From Patescibacteria group bacterium (GTDB taxonomy: Bacteria > Patescibacteriota > Minisyncoccia > Phycocordibacterales > Phycocordibacteraceae), in NCBI GenBank assembly GCA_038064595.1, contig JBBTSV010000001.1:1915-65914 (forward strand): 64,000 nt of DNA, written 5' to 3'. The notes beneath the pieces are model-generated. The model was not told the DNA's origin. It did not search any database and saw only the letters and a program-made list of their open reading frames with translations. Position numbers and translations under genes: made by a program. The first letter of the stretch is position 1, and every line of letters starts with the position of its first letter. Shown here one piece after another: positions 28,482-37,445 of the stretch.

Positions 28482-29108
28482 ATGCAGCATCTTAGGTGGT
28501 ATGGCGTAGTCGCACTTATTGTTCTCCTTGGCGGTTGGTATGTATATGCGACTCGCGAACGACCCGTTGCCAACTATCCGTCAGCGGGGACCGATATCAT
28601 CGCCTTTGGTGACAGCCTCGTCGCAGGGAGCGGCGCCTCCCCCGGAAACGACTTTATCTCGCTCCTCTCGCGCAAGATCGGGCGACCCATTATCAATCTC
28701 GGCGTCTCGGGCGACACCACGGCCGACGGTCTTGCGCGCGTAAACGAACTCGATCAGTACCAACCCAAGATTGTCCTCCTGCTCCTCGGCGGGAACGATC
28801 ACCTGCGGAGAGTGCCCGCCGAGACTACCTTTACCAATCTCGCCACACTCATCGAGGCGATTCAGGCGCGTGGCGCGATCGTCCTTTTGCTCGGGGTGAA
28901 GGGTAACCTCATCGGTGACTCGTTTGCGAGCGCCTTTGAGGAGTTGCGTGACACCTACCACACCGCGTATGTGTCGAATGTGCTTGGTGGGCTCTTCGGA
29001 AACAGTCAGTACATGGCCGATGCGATTCACCCCAACGACGCGGGATATGCTGTTATCGCCGATCGCATCTACCCGGTCCTCCTGCCCCTGTTGTCCGGTC
29101 GTATATAA
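28482..29108 (+). CDS. SGNH/GDSL arylesterase (TesA-like)
   Basis: FGDSL, GVSGDTT, LGGND, DAIHPN..GY. Confidence 0.9.
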   Translation: MQHLRWYGVVALIVLLGGWYVYATRERPVANYPSAGTDIIAFGDSLVAGSGASPGNDFISLLSRKIGRPIINLGVSGDTTADGLARVNELDQYQPKIVLLLLGGNDHLRRVPAETTFTNLATLIEAIQARGAIVLLLGVKGNLIGDSFASAFEELRDTYHTAYVSNVLGGLFGNSQYMADAIHPNDAGYAVIADRIYPVLLPLLSGRI

Positions 29109-29142
29109 AAGCAAAACGGTCACCCTAGGGTGACCGTCTTTT
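29107..29142. terminator. bidirectional terminator / palindrome
   Basis: ACGGTCACCCTAGGGTGACCGT with A-run and T-run flanks, between convergent genes. Confidence 0.75.
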
Positions 29143-29162
29143 GTCGCCCGCATGGGCGACGT

Positions 29163-29468
29163 CTAGAAGCGTTGCGGCTTCCAGATCGGAACGGCTTCGT
29201 ACAACGAGCCGTTCTCGGTCTCCAAAACCGTCCCTTCCCCTTGCAGGGTCGGGACTATTGCCGTGATCGGGCTCGTCCTGAAGCCCGGGACGTTCCCGCG
29301 CCTCCGAATTCCGAAGTGCTGTTCCGCCGGCACCTCGGCAGTTGCGGCAGGCGCCACCGCGATCGGCGGGAGACCCGGTCCCCGACCCTTGTGGGTTTGA
29401 GTGACCCGAAGGGTCACTCCGCGGTACAGCACCGTCGTGCCGACCAATGGGTCGCGCAGTGTGAGCAT
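29163..29468 (-). CDS. orphan hypothetical protein (cassette D)
   Basis: TTGACA(29551-29546)-16-TATGAT promoter, hairpin, AGGAG SD. Confidence 0.7.
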   Translation of the reverse strand: MLTLRDPLVGTTVLYRGVTLRVTQTHKGRGPGLPPIAVAPAATAEVPAEQHFGIRRRGNVPGFRTSPITAIVPTLQGEGTVLETENGSLYEAVPIWKPQRF

Positions 29469-29556
29469 TATCTCTATCTCCTAAAGTTCAGTTTCGCCAC
29501 CCTAGACAAGGGGACTTGGGTGCATCATAGCACCCTTTACGTATATGTCAAGCATT

Positions 29557-29589
29557 AAAAGTGCACGGCCCCTGGTGGGGCCGTGTGCG
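29557..29589 (-). terminator. intrinsic terminator
   Basis: GCACACGGCCCC...GGGGCCGTGCAC followed by TTTT on the minus strand. Confidence 0.7.
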
Positions 29590-30114
29590 TCAGTCGGGGA
29601 GAAAGTTGCTCTCCCCCCCGAACGACAGCGAACTGTCCTCTTCGAGGGGGCGGAACCTCCGCGTCCTCACCCTTCTCTCCGCTCGGATCTGGTAGACAGA
29701 TCCGTTCCTCGTCATCACGACAAGGATCCGCTTCTTGCGGGAGTAGTAGAGGAAGTCTGTGATTGACCGCGTAACCCTCTCTTGGGGCACGCCGTCGAGC
29801 ACCTCCTCGGTGGGGATACGCAAGCGTTCCCCCGCCTTCACTCCTTGGTGGTATCCCTTTGGGATACGCCACCGGGCGCTTCGGCGCTCCTCGGGCGAAA
29901 GAAGTTGCCCATCGGAATTGCTTCCGATGTGGTCCCGCTCCTCGAGTGGGACATGATCGGTCGCCAGTCCCTTGCGGACCTGTGCGACCTTCAGGTCGCA
30001 TCCCTTGAAGTAGGTCGCCCCACCCCAAAGGATGATCGACAGCGCGCGCCACACGCGCAGGATGACCACATACGCGGCCCGTACGGCGCGCACTGCGGCA
30101 TGCAATTTTTCCAT
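29590..30114 (-). CDS. orphan hypothetical protein (cassette E)
   Basis: TTGACA-17-TATCAT promoter, hairpin GCTGCC/GGCAGC, doubled AAGGAG SD, ATG at 30114. Confidence 0.7.
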   Translation of the reverse strand: MEKLHAAVRAVRAAYVVILRVWRALSIILWGGATYFKGCDLKVAQVRKGLATDHVPLEERDHIGSNSDGQLLSPEERRSARWRIPKGYHQGVKAGERLRIPTEEVLDGVPQERVTRSITDFLYYSRKKRILVVMTRNGSVYQIRAERRVRTRRFRPLEEDSSLSFGGESNFLPD

Positions 30115-30231
30115 TCGATCTCCTTCTCCTTGGTTGAATGTGCTTCGCTGCCAATTTGGGCAGCTTATGTATATGATATCATTATTATGTATATTTGTCA
30201 ATACTTCTCTAAAACGTGATAGAATAAGCCT

Positions 30232-30777
30232 ATGACAGAGACGGCGGTGTTTGGCGGCGGGTGCTTCTGGTGTACCGAGGCAGTATTTAAAATGCTCAAG
30301 GGGGTTGTGGCGGCTGCGCCCGGCTACGCGGGAGGGAAGACGGAGAACCCCACTTATGACCAGGTGTGTAGCGGGCTCACCGGTCACGCCGAGGTGATCA
30401 AGATTGAGTATGATCCCGCGCTCATCTCCTATCGCACTCTCCTGACCGTCTTCTTTGCTACCCACGACCCGACGACCGTTAATCGCCAAGGGCCCGATAC
30501 GGGGACCCAGTATCGTTCCGTCATTTTCTATACGACCCCAGAGCAGAAGGCCGAGGCCGAGGCTTTTATCAAGGAGGTCGACACCTCGACGAGTGCGGGC
30601 GACAAGGTGGTCACCACGGTCGAGCCGCTCTCCACCTTCTACGAGGCCGAGAACTATCACCACGACTACTTCACCCACCACCCCGACCAGGCCTACTGTC
30701 AGCTCGTGATTAGCCCCAAGGTGGAGAAGGTGCAAGAGAAGTTTGCGGAGTTACTTAATACAAAAACAAGCCTATGA
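30232..30777 (+). CDS. msrA: peptide methionine sulfoxide reductase MsrA
   Basis: GGGCFWC, GHAEV, HDPT, QYRS, AENYH. Confidence 0.97.
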   Translation: MTETAVFGGGCFWCTEAVFKMLKGVVAAAPGYAGGKTENPTYDQVCSGLTGHAEVIKIEYDPALISYRTLLTVFFATHDPTTVNRQGPDTGTQYRSVIFYTTPEQKAEAEAFIKEVDTSTSAGDKVVTTVEPLSTFYEAENYHHDYFTHHPDQAYCQLVISPKVEKVQEKFAELLNTKTSL

Positions 30778-31151
30778 AAAAAGATGAAGAGCTCTCGCCC
30801 GAGCTGCGGCGAGTCGCGCGCGAAGGCGGCACCGAGGCACCCTTTACCGGTGCGTATGTGAACAATCATGAGAAGGGGATGTATCGCTGTGCGATCTGTG
30901 GGACCGAGCTCTTTTCGTCTCTCACCAAGTTTGACTCTGGCACGGGGTGGCCGAGCTTCACGAACCCAGCCAATCTCGCACACGTGGAGCTGAAGACAGA
31001 CAGCTCGCTCGGGATACAGCGCACCGAGGTGGTGTGCAAGACCTGTGGTGCGCACCTCGGTCACGTCTTTGACGACGGGCCGCATGACCAAGGAGGTAAA
31101 CGGTATTGTATAAACTCCATTTGTTTAGATTTTGAAAAAGGTGGTGTGTGA
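30774..31151 (+). CDS. msrB: peptide methionine sulfoxide reductase MsrB
   Basis: GTEAPF, SGTGWPSF, HLGHVF.DGP, RYCINS. Confidence 0.97.
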   Translation: MKKDEELSPELRRVAREGGTEAPFTGAYVNNHEKGMYRCAICGTELFSSLTKFDSGTGWPSFTNPANLAHVELKTDSSLGIQRTEVVCKTCGAHLGHVFDDGPHDQGGKRYCINSICLDFEKGGV

Positions 31152-31184
31152 GCGTGCTACACTACTCACACAAGTTGCAAAGCT

Positions 31185-31283
31185 TGTATCAAGAGGCAGT
31201 GAGAGAATTGGCTCGATGACCTGCCGGCAACACGGAGCACCAGCTCGCAGTGTGCCTCTTCCAACCCGCTCGGGAAAGATACC
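31185..31283 (+). promoter_or_regulatory. SAM-I (S-box) riboswitch
   Basis: TATCAAGAG...GAGAGA.TGGC.CGA.GA...CGGCAAC...GTGCC..TTCC...GGAAAGATA, directly upstream of metK. Confidence 0.88.
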
Positions 31284-31327
31284 ACTATCTTTTTTCGTGC
31301 TTTATAAAAAGTAAGCTTACACTCTGT

Positions 31328-32266
31328 ATGATCAGAACTGCTGAGTTTGTGTCTCCGGGTCACCCGGATAAGCGGTGCGACTTTATTGCTGACTCTATCC
31401 TCGACGCTTACCTCGCAGGCGATGCGGGGAGCCGGGTCGCGATTGAGGTGATGGGTGGCCACAACCTCGTCACGATTAATGGTGAAGTCACATCGGGGGT
31501 AAAGCCCGACATCATCGCGCTCGTGAAGGGGATCGTCGGTGAGGAGTATAAGGTGATTGAGAACGTTGCGCTCCAGAGTAAGGAGATCGGGCGCGGCGTC
31601 GACACAGGGGGCGCGGGCGACCAGGGGATCATGAAGGGCTATGCGACCAGTGAGACCGAGACTCTGATGCCACTTGAGTATGAGCTTGCGCGCAATCTCT
31701 GTCAGAAGGTCTATGAAAAGTATCCCTATGACGGCAAGACGCAGGTGACGGTTGAAGACGGTGAGGTGACCACGGTTGTCGTGAGCTTTCAGAACACAAA
31801 GAATGCCGAGCTCCTCCCCTTGGTACAGAGCGTGATCAACGCAAAGGAGTATCTCCTCAATCCTGCCGGCGAGTGGGTTCAGGGTGGCTTTGACGCCGAC
31901 ACCGGCCTCTCGGGGAGAAAACTTATTGTGGATAATTATGGGCCGGAGGTGGCTATTGGCGGGGGCTCATTCTCGGGCAAGGATTACACCAAGGTTGATC
32001 GCTCGGGTGCGTACATGGCGCGTCGCGTCGCGGTCGAGCTCCTCAAAGAGCGCAGAGCGAGGGCAGTGCATACCAAGCTCGCGTATGCGATCGGCAAGGC
32101 TGAGGCGGTGATGGCAGTGGCCGTTGTCGATGGGGTCGAGGAGCCGATCACCGGCTATGACCTCACGCCGCGCGGCATCCGCGCGAATCTTGCGCTCGAC
32201 ACCGTCCGCTACACCGACACCTGTACCTGGGGACACTTTGGGCGAGGCTTCACCTGGGACGCCTAG
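31328..32266 (+). CDS. metK: S-adenosylmethionine synthetase
   Basis: EFVSPGHPDK, GAGDQG, DGKTQV, GRKLIVD.YG, GGGSFSGKD.TKVDRS. Confidence 0.96.
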   Translation: MIRTAEFVSPGHPDKRCDFIADSILDAYLAGDAGSRVAIEVMGGHNLVTINGEVTSGVKPDIIALVKGIVGEEYKVIENVALQSKEIGRGVDTGGAGDQGIMKGYATSETETLMPLEYELARNLCQKVYEKYPYDGKTQVTVEDGEVTTVVVSFQNTKNAELLPLVQSVINAKEYLLNPAGEWVQGGFDADTGLSGRKLIVDNYGPEVAIGGGSFSGKDYTKVDRSGAYMARRVAVELLKERRARAVHTKLAYAIGKAEAVMAVAVVDGVEEPITGYDLTPRGIRANLALDTVRYTDTCTWGHFGRGFTWDA

Positions 32267-32284
32267 GTGACGTATGATAGGGGC

Positions 32285-32560
32285 ATGAAATTCTCTGCAC
32301 TCGAGTGGCACAAGCGCTCAATCGTAAAGTCGATCAGTTATCGCGTCCTTAGTCTCACCGTCGATTCACTGGTCGCATACCTCTTTACTCGTGACGTTGC
32401 GCTCTCGGCCACCATCGTGATTGTGGTGAATACCTACAGCACTGTTCTCTACTACCTCCACGAGCGCGTATGGGCGCACATCCACTGGGGGCACACGCGG
32501 CTGCTCGCTACGCCGTTCCCAGGTGAGTTAAAAAGCGAGTCAACTCCGCGCCCTCAATAG
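32285..32560 (+). CDS. DUF2061 membrane protein
   Basis: RSIVKSISYR, YYLHERVW..I.WG. Confidence 0.85.
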   Translation: MKFSALEWHKRSIVKSISYRVLSLTVDSLVAYLFTRDVALSATIVIVVNTYSTVLYYLHERVWAHIHWGHTRLLATPFPGELKSESTPRPQ

Positions 32561-33245
32561 GGCGGTGTGCGCCCGGTGCGAGATCGCCAAGGCGGATATT
32601 GAGGATCCGTGTGCGCTCGAGATCGACAACCGAGTTGTGCATCGTAGCGACCATACGACGGATCTGATGCTTCTTGCCTTCAGTGAGCGTGATGATGAAG
32701 CTTGTCGGTCCAGATTTGCGCACGATGCACGGCTTGGTCTGATAGCCCTCGATATCCACTCCGGCCTCCATCGTCTTTTTAAAGCTCTCGCGCAAAGGGT
32801 CGGCGACGCGTACGCGGTACTCCTTCTCGTGCTCGCGAGCGGGAGAGAGGAGACGCTCGGTGATGCGACCGTCGTTGGTGAGAATGAGAAGGCCGTGCGA
32901 GTCTTTGTCGAGGCGGCCGACCGGGAAGACGTCGTGAGGGAGTCCAGCACTTGTCCGCGCGTCTTTCTCTCCTTGCTTGGGCGAGTGGGTGATCACCCCG
33001 ATGGGCTTATTGAAAGCGTAGTAGACATACTGCGCGGGCGCACGCTTGTCGCGGAGCTCGACCGTGTCGCCTTCATTCACCTTCTCGCCGAGGGTGGCAA
33101 CACGGCCATTGACGAAGACTGTCCCGCGCGCGATGAGCTCGTCAGCCCCGCGACGTGTCGCAAGCCCTTGGTGAGCGAGGTATTTATTGATCCGCATCGG
33201 GTATTCCGCTGCGGTCTCTTCTGGCTGGGGAGCCTTTTTCTGCAT
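32508..33245 (-). CDS. rRNA pseudouridine synthase (RluF/RluB/RsuA family)
   Basis: S4 domain RINKYLA..G, VGRLDKDS.GL, EKEY.V, EGKKHQIRRM. Confidence 0.93.
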   Translation of the reverse strand: MQKKAPQPEETAAEYPMRINKYLAHQGLATRRGADELIARGTVFVNGRVATLGEKVNEGDTVELRDKRAPAQYVYYAFNKPIGVITHSPKQGEKDARTSAGLPHDVFPVGRLDKDSHGLLILTNDGRITERLLSPAREHEKEYRVRVADPLRESFKKTMEAGVDIEGYQTKPCIVRKSGPTSFIITLTEGKKHQIRRMVATMHNSVVDLERTRILNIRLGDLAPGAHRPIEGAELTRFLTHLGTA

Positions 33246-33298
33246 GGAGGCACTATACAGTCTTTCCATTTTAATGCGAAATAGGTTAGGGTGTGGAG

Positions 33299-34816
33299 AT
33301 GGCAAAAGAAGAGAGCGTGATCCGCTTTGAGGAGGTGTCGTTTGGCTACGGACACAACAAGCCCATCGTGGATGGGGTCTCCTTTCCTGTCCGGCGCGGA
33401 GCGAAGATGGCCGTGATGGGGCAGAATGGCGCCGGCAAGTCGACCCTTTTTTCGCTCATGACGGGTGCACTCAAACCAGAGAGCGGAGAGATCAATGTGT
33501 CGCGCGGGATGAGAGTCGCTACCGCGCCGCAGGTGCTCCCGCGGGAGGAGCTCTCGCTTACGGTGCGTGCGTTCTTTGAGAAGCGCTTTAGCGAGAAGGT
33601 GTATGACATTGACCCTAAGATTGATGAAGTTCTTGAGGTGGTGAATCTGAAACACCACCACAAGAGTACTTCCATTTCCGTAAGTCCGAGTACGGACAAC
33701 GGAAATTGGTCGCACGAGAAGCTCCACGACCGATTGATGAAGAGCTTCTCGGGCGGGCAGACGGCGCGGCTGCTCCTCGCCTCCGCGCTCATCCAGAACC
33801 CGGATCTTCTCCTTCTTGACGAGCCGACCAATAATCTCGACAAGGCAGGGATTGAACACCTCACGCAGTTTTTGATCGACTATGAAAAGACCGTGATCGT
33901 GATCTCCCACGACTCCACCTTCCTCAACGCGTTTACCACCGGTGTGCTCTATCTCGACGTCTACACGCGCCAGATCGAGCAGTACTCGGGCAACTATACC
34001 GATGTGCAGCGTGATATCCTCGCGCGGATCGAGCGCGAGAACCGGGCGAACGCTCAGCTCGAGAAAAAGATCCAAGAGAATAAGGATAAGGCCAACTTCT
34101 TCGCCCAGAAGGGAGGGAAGATGCGCCTCGTGGCTAAGAAGATGCGTACCGAGGTCGAGGAGATGGAGGAGGAGAAGGTCGATGTGCGCAGAGAGGACAA
34201 GACAATCCGTCCGTTCACTATCCCCGCACAGACCGACTTAAGCGGCGTGGTGCTCGCGCTCACCAGCTACGCGGTGCTTAAGGGCAAGAAGCCGGTCGTG
34301 AAGAAGGCGAATGTCGCACTTCGTAAAAATAATCACCTCCTTCTGAAGGGACCTAACGGGATTGGCAAGAGCACCCTCCTTGAGGCGATCGCGAGGGGAG
34401 AGGCAAAAGGTGTCGAGATAACCAAAGGAGTGAAGGTGGGGTACTACCGCCAAGATTTCTCGACGCTTAACTTCGACCAGACGGTTCTTGAAGCACTGCG
34501 CGCGGCGGTGGGCCGGCCCGATGAGGAGAAGATACGTGCGACCGCCGCAGGGTTCCTCCTTACGGCCGACGTGATGGGCACAAAGATAGGTAGTCTCTCA
34601 GAGGGACAAAAGGGTCTGGTCGCCTTCTGCTCCCTTGTTTTGGAGCGCCCCGGACTCCTGATTCTCGACGAGCCGACGAACCATATCAACTTCCGCCACC
34701 TCCCGATTATCGCCAAGGCGCTTGATCAGTATCAGGGCGCGATGATCCTCGTCTCGCACGTCAGCGAGTTTGTCGAGCACATCCGCATCGACGACGTCCT
34801 CGACCTCGAGAAATAG
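33299..34816 (+). CDS. ABC-F family ATP-binding protein
   Basis: Two NBDs (GQNGAGKST, GPNGIGKST), LLDEPTN twice, no TM segments. Confidence 0.9.
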   Translation: MAKEESVIRFEEVSFGYGHNKPIVDGVSFPVRRGAKMAVMGQNGAGKSTLFSLMTGALKPESGEINVSRGMRVATAPQVLPREELSLTVRAFFEKRFSEKVYDIDPKIDEVLEVVNLKHHHKSTSISVSPSTDNGNWSHEKLHDRLMKSFSGGQTARLLLASALIQNPDLLLLDEPTNNLDKAGIEHLTQFLIDYEKTVIVISHDSTFLNAFTTGVLYLDVYTRQIEQYSGNYTDVQRDILARIERENRANAQLEKKIQENKDKANFFAQKGGKMRLVAKKMRTEVEEMEEEKVDVRREDKTIRPFTIPAQTDLSGVVLALTSYAVLKGKKPVVKKANVALRKNNHLLLKGPNGIGKSTLLEAIARGEAKGVEITKGVKVGYYRQDFSTLNFDQTVLEALRAAVGRPDEEKIRATAAGFLLTADVMGTKIGSLSEGQKGLVAFCSLVLERPGLLILDEPTNHINFRHLPIIAKALDQYQGAMILVSHVSEFVEHIRIDDVLDLEK

Positions 34817-34884
34817 TAAAAAACCACTTTACCTTACCATCGTCTATAGGACAGACTAAGGTAAAGTGGAAATGAGAGATACAT

Positions 34885-34914
34885 AAAAGCGACACCCCGC
34901 CGGAGCGGGGGTCG
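34885..34914 (-). terminator. intrinsic terminator
   Basis: CGACCCCCGC-TCCG-GCGGGGTGTCG followed by CTTTT on the minus strand. Confidence 0.7.
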
Positions 34915-34935
34915 GGTGCGTACTGCGGTGTGTGG

Positions 34936-35229
34936 TTACGACGAACCGCACGAGAACACCTCCCGCAGTACCTTCGTGAGGGTCATCTCTTCGTCCCCGC
35001 GCAGCTCGATGGGGGACAGGGGAGTGACGCGGTGTGTGATCTGGAGTCTCCAATCACGCGGAGCACTTCCCGAGAAGATCCCCCGTACGGCAAAGTGGGG
35101 GAGGAAAGACTTGTCGCGACTAATCTCGCAGAGCAGCCGACCCATTGCCGTCTTCTGCGCGAGGTCGGTGGTCACGAAGACCTCGATGGGGAGAACGTTC
35201 TCCCCAACGACGACAGTTTTCATTTCCAT
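34936..35229 (-). CDS. orphan hypothetical protein (cassette F)
   Basis: TTGAAT-16-TAGGAT promoter, hairpin CCGGC-ATGTC-GCCGG, TAGGAG SD. Confidence 0.65.
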   Translation of the reverse strand: MEMKTVVVGENVLPIEVFVTTDLAQKTAMGRLLCEISRDKSFLPHFAVRGIFSGSAPRDWRLQITHRVTPLSPIELRGDEEMTLTKVLREVFSCGSS

Positions 35230-35296
35230 GATCACTCCTATCCGGCGACATGCCGGGTCTTGCGGCATCCTACACCTCTTAGGGCGAGATTCAAGT

Positions 35297-35680
35297 CTAG
35301 CGCTTCTCGAGGAGCGTGAGGATCTTTTCGAGCTTCTCGTTTTCGATACGGGCGAGACGGTGCTGGATATCTTCAATCTCCTCTTTCGCTTTCACATTTG
35401 TTGCATAGTCGGCCTCGGCTTGTATCCGGTCGCGTTGCGCCTGACGGTTCTGACTCATCATGACAAAGGTGGTGAGAAAGATCGCCTCGAGTGAGACAGA
35501 CATCGTGAGGAGGCCATAGGGAAACTTCTCGATCTTGAAGAAGAGCCACGCACCAAACCAGAGAATATGAAGGATAACGAATGGCCACGAACCGACAAAA
35601 GAGGTAATCATGTCCGAGAACCGCTCGCTCAGTGTCCGTTCCGCCTGATGCTTCTGATGCCAATTTAAAGTCATATTCAT
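35297..35680 (-). CDS. DUF1003 membrane protein
   Basis: FVGSW.F, FPYGLL..VSLEAIFL..FVMMSQNRQ. Confidence 0.9.
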   Translation of the reverse strand: MNMTLNWHQKHQAERTLSERFSDMITSFVGSWPFVILHILWFGAWLFFKIEKFPYGLLTMSVSLEAIFLTTFVMMSQNRQAQRDRIQAEADYATNVKAKEEIEDIQHRLARIENEKLEKILTLLEKR

Positions 35681-35718
35681 ATACTATCACCTCGCGCGTG
35701 GTACAATCGACTCTTCAC

Positions 35719-36495
35719 ATGACTGAACCTGCGCTCACTATCAAAGACCTTGAGAAGACTTATGCGGGTGGTACCAAGGCGCTCGGCGGCGTCTCGCTCA
35801 CCGTCCCTGCCGGTGACTTCTTTGCGCTCCTTGGTCCCAATGGGGCGGGGAAGACAACGCTGATCGGTATCGTCACCGGGCTCGTGACCAAGTCGGGAGG
35901 CAGTGTCGAGGTTTTCGGTATCGATATCGAGAAGGAGCCGGAGAAGGCACGCACGATGATTGGCGTCTGCGGTCAGGAGGTCAATTTCGACCCATGGATG
36001 AAGCCCTTGGATATCGTGGTTAATCAGGCCGGTTACTACGGCATCCCGCGCTCGGTGGCGATCCCGCGTGCCAAGAAGCTCCTCGAGGATCTCGGGCTTG
36101 GCGATAAGATGGATCAAATAGGCTTTCGACTCTCGGGCGGGATGAAGCGTCGGTTGATGATCGCGCGCGCCCTTATCCATGAACCGCAGTTTCTTATCCT
36201 CGATGAGCCGACCGCGGGCGTTGACGTCGAGCTGCGCCGAAGCATGTGGGACTACCTTACCGAGCTTACCAAGAAAGGGGTGACGATACTTCTCACCACC
36301 CACTACCTTGAAGAGGCGGAGCGGCTCGCCAAGCATGTCGCCATTATTAACAAAGGTCAGATCGTGGCGAACGGTACCATGGAGGAGATTCTTGCGCTCC
36401 ACGATGGCGCCGAGAGCGGCTACGGCGGTGGCAAGCTTGAGGACATCTTTGTGAAGCTGACCACGGATTCGACCAGCTCACCGCAAGCCACCTAA
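35719..36495 (+). CDS. ABC-2 transporter ATP-binding protein (YadG-like)
   Basis: GPNGAGKTT, LSGGMKRRLMIARAL, DEPTAGVD, TTHYLEEAE. Confidence 0.9.
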   Translation: MTEPALTIKDLEKTYAGGTKALGGVSLTVPAGDFFALLGPNGAGKTTLIGIVTGLVTKSGGSVEVFGIDIEKEPEKARTMIGVCGQEVNFDPWMKPLDIVVNQAGYYGIPRSVAIPRAKKLLEDLGLGDKMDQIGFRLSGGMKRRLMIARALIHEPQFLILDEPTAGVDVELRRSMWDYLTELTKKGVTILLTTHYLEEAERLAKHVAIINKGQIVANGTMEEILALHDGAESGYGGGKLEDIFVKLTTDSTSSPQAT

Positions 36496-36496
36496 T

Positions 36497-37273
36497 ATGT
36501 CTCCTGAAAAACAATTCATCTCGTTCTATACGATCCTGCGCAAGGGGGTCATCCGCATTTTCCGTATTTGGTCGCAGACCCTGCTGCCACCTCTGGTGAC
36601 CTCGGTACTCTACTTTGCCATCTTCGGCAGTATCCTCGGCGCACGCATCGGAGAGCTCGACGGCGTACCATACATCCTCTTTGTGGTCCCGGGGCTGGTG
36701 ATGCTTTCGGTCATCACAAGTGCCTTTATGGAGGTGGCATCGACCTTCTTCTTCGCCAAGTTCTTCTCGCGTAATATCGACGAAGTGCTCGTCTCGCCAA
36801 CGCCGCCGATCGTGATCATCGCGGGCTACATCGCGAGCGGCGTCGTGCGCGGGATGTTGGTCGGCGTTTTGGTACTCATCGTCTCACTCTTCTTCGCCCT
36901 CCCGTCGATCGAGCACCCTCTTATCGTCCTTTTGTTCCTCTTCCTCTCCTCGCTCGTATTCGCCCTCGGCGGGCTCATCAACGGTATCTACGCCAAGAAC
37001 TTCGACGGCATTAGCATCATCCCCACCTTCGTCCTCACCCCGCTCGTCTACCTCGGCGGCGTGTTCTACTCTATCAACTCCCTCCCTCCGCTTTGGCAGA
37101 ATCTCTCACTCTTTAATCCTATTCTCTATATCATCAACGGCTTCCGCTACGGCTTCCTCGGCACTGCCGATGTGTCGCTCTTCGCGTGTATCAGCGTCCT
37201 CCTTGCGCTCACCGCGGTCTTGGTCGGCGTCAATCTCTACTACCTCAAGAAGGGCCTCGGCTTGAAGCAGTAG
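36497..37273 (+). CDS. ABC-2 transporter permease (YadH-like)
   Basis: RIW.QTLLPP, LTPL.YLGGVFYS, NPILY..NGFRYGFLG. Confidence 0.9.
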   Translation: MSPEKQFISFYTILRKGVIRIFRIWSQTLLPPLVTSVLYFAIFGSILGARIGELDGVPYILFVVPGLVMLSVITSAFMEVASTFFFAKFFSRNIDEVLVSPTPPIVIIAGYIASGVVRGMLVGVLVLIVSLFFALPSIEHPLIVLLFLFLSSLVFALGGLINGIYAKNFDGISIIPTFVLTPLVYLGGVFYSINSLPPLWQNLSLFNPILYIINGFRYGFLGTADVSLFACISVLLALTAVLVGVNLYYLKKGLGLKQ

Positions 37274-37303
37274 CTTGACGGAGTAGGGCAGTAGGGTACA
37301 CTC

Positions 37304-37392
37304 AGACTGGCTGCTTGGGCAGAGTAGTCAGTCTCCTCCTGGCACAGTCCGCTGTGCTTTCACGCGGGTCCCTCGGGGCCCGCTTTCTTTTT
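37304..37392 (+). ncRNA. candidate ~85-nt small RNA with exposed anti-SD sequence
   Basis: TTGACG-16-TACACT promoter at 37275-37302, two hairpins flanking TCCTCCT, then a terminator; no ORF. Confidence 0.5.
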
Positions 37393-37445
37393 GCGCCTAT
37401 TTGTTGTATATTGAGAGCACCGCCCGCGCGGCCTTTTTTAATTCT

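Noticed and set aside
29590-30735. 381-aa minus-strand ORF
   Set aside because: Its 5' half is the antisense shadow of msrA; promoter and SD support a start at 30114.
37304-37392. SRP RNA or 6S RNA
   Set aside because: No SRP domain IV motif (CAGG...GGAA...AGCAG), and too short for 6S.
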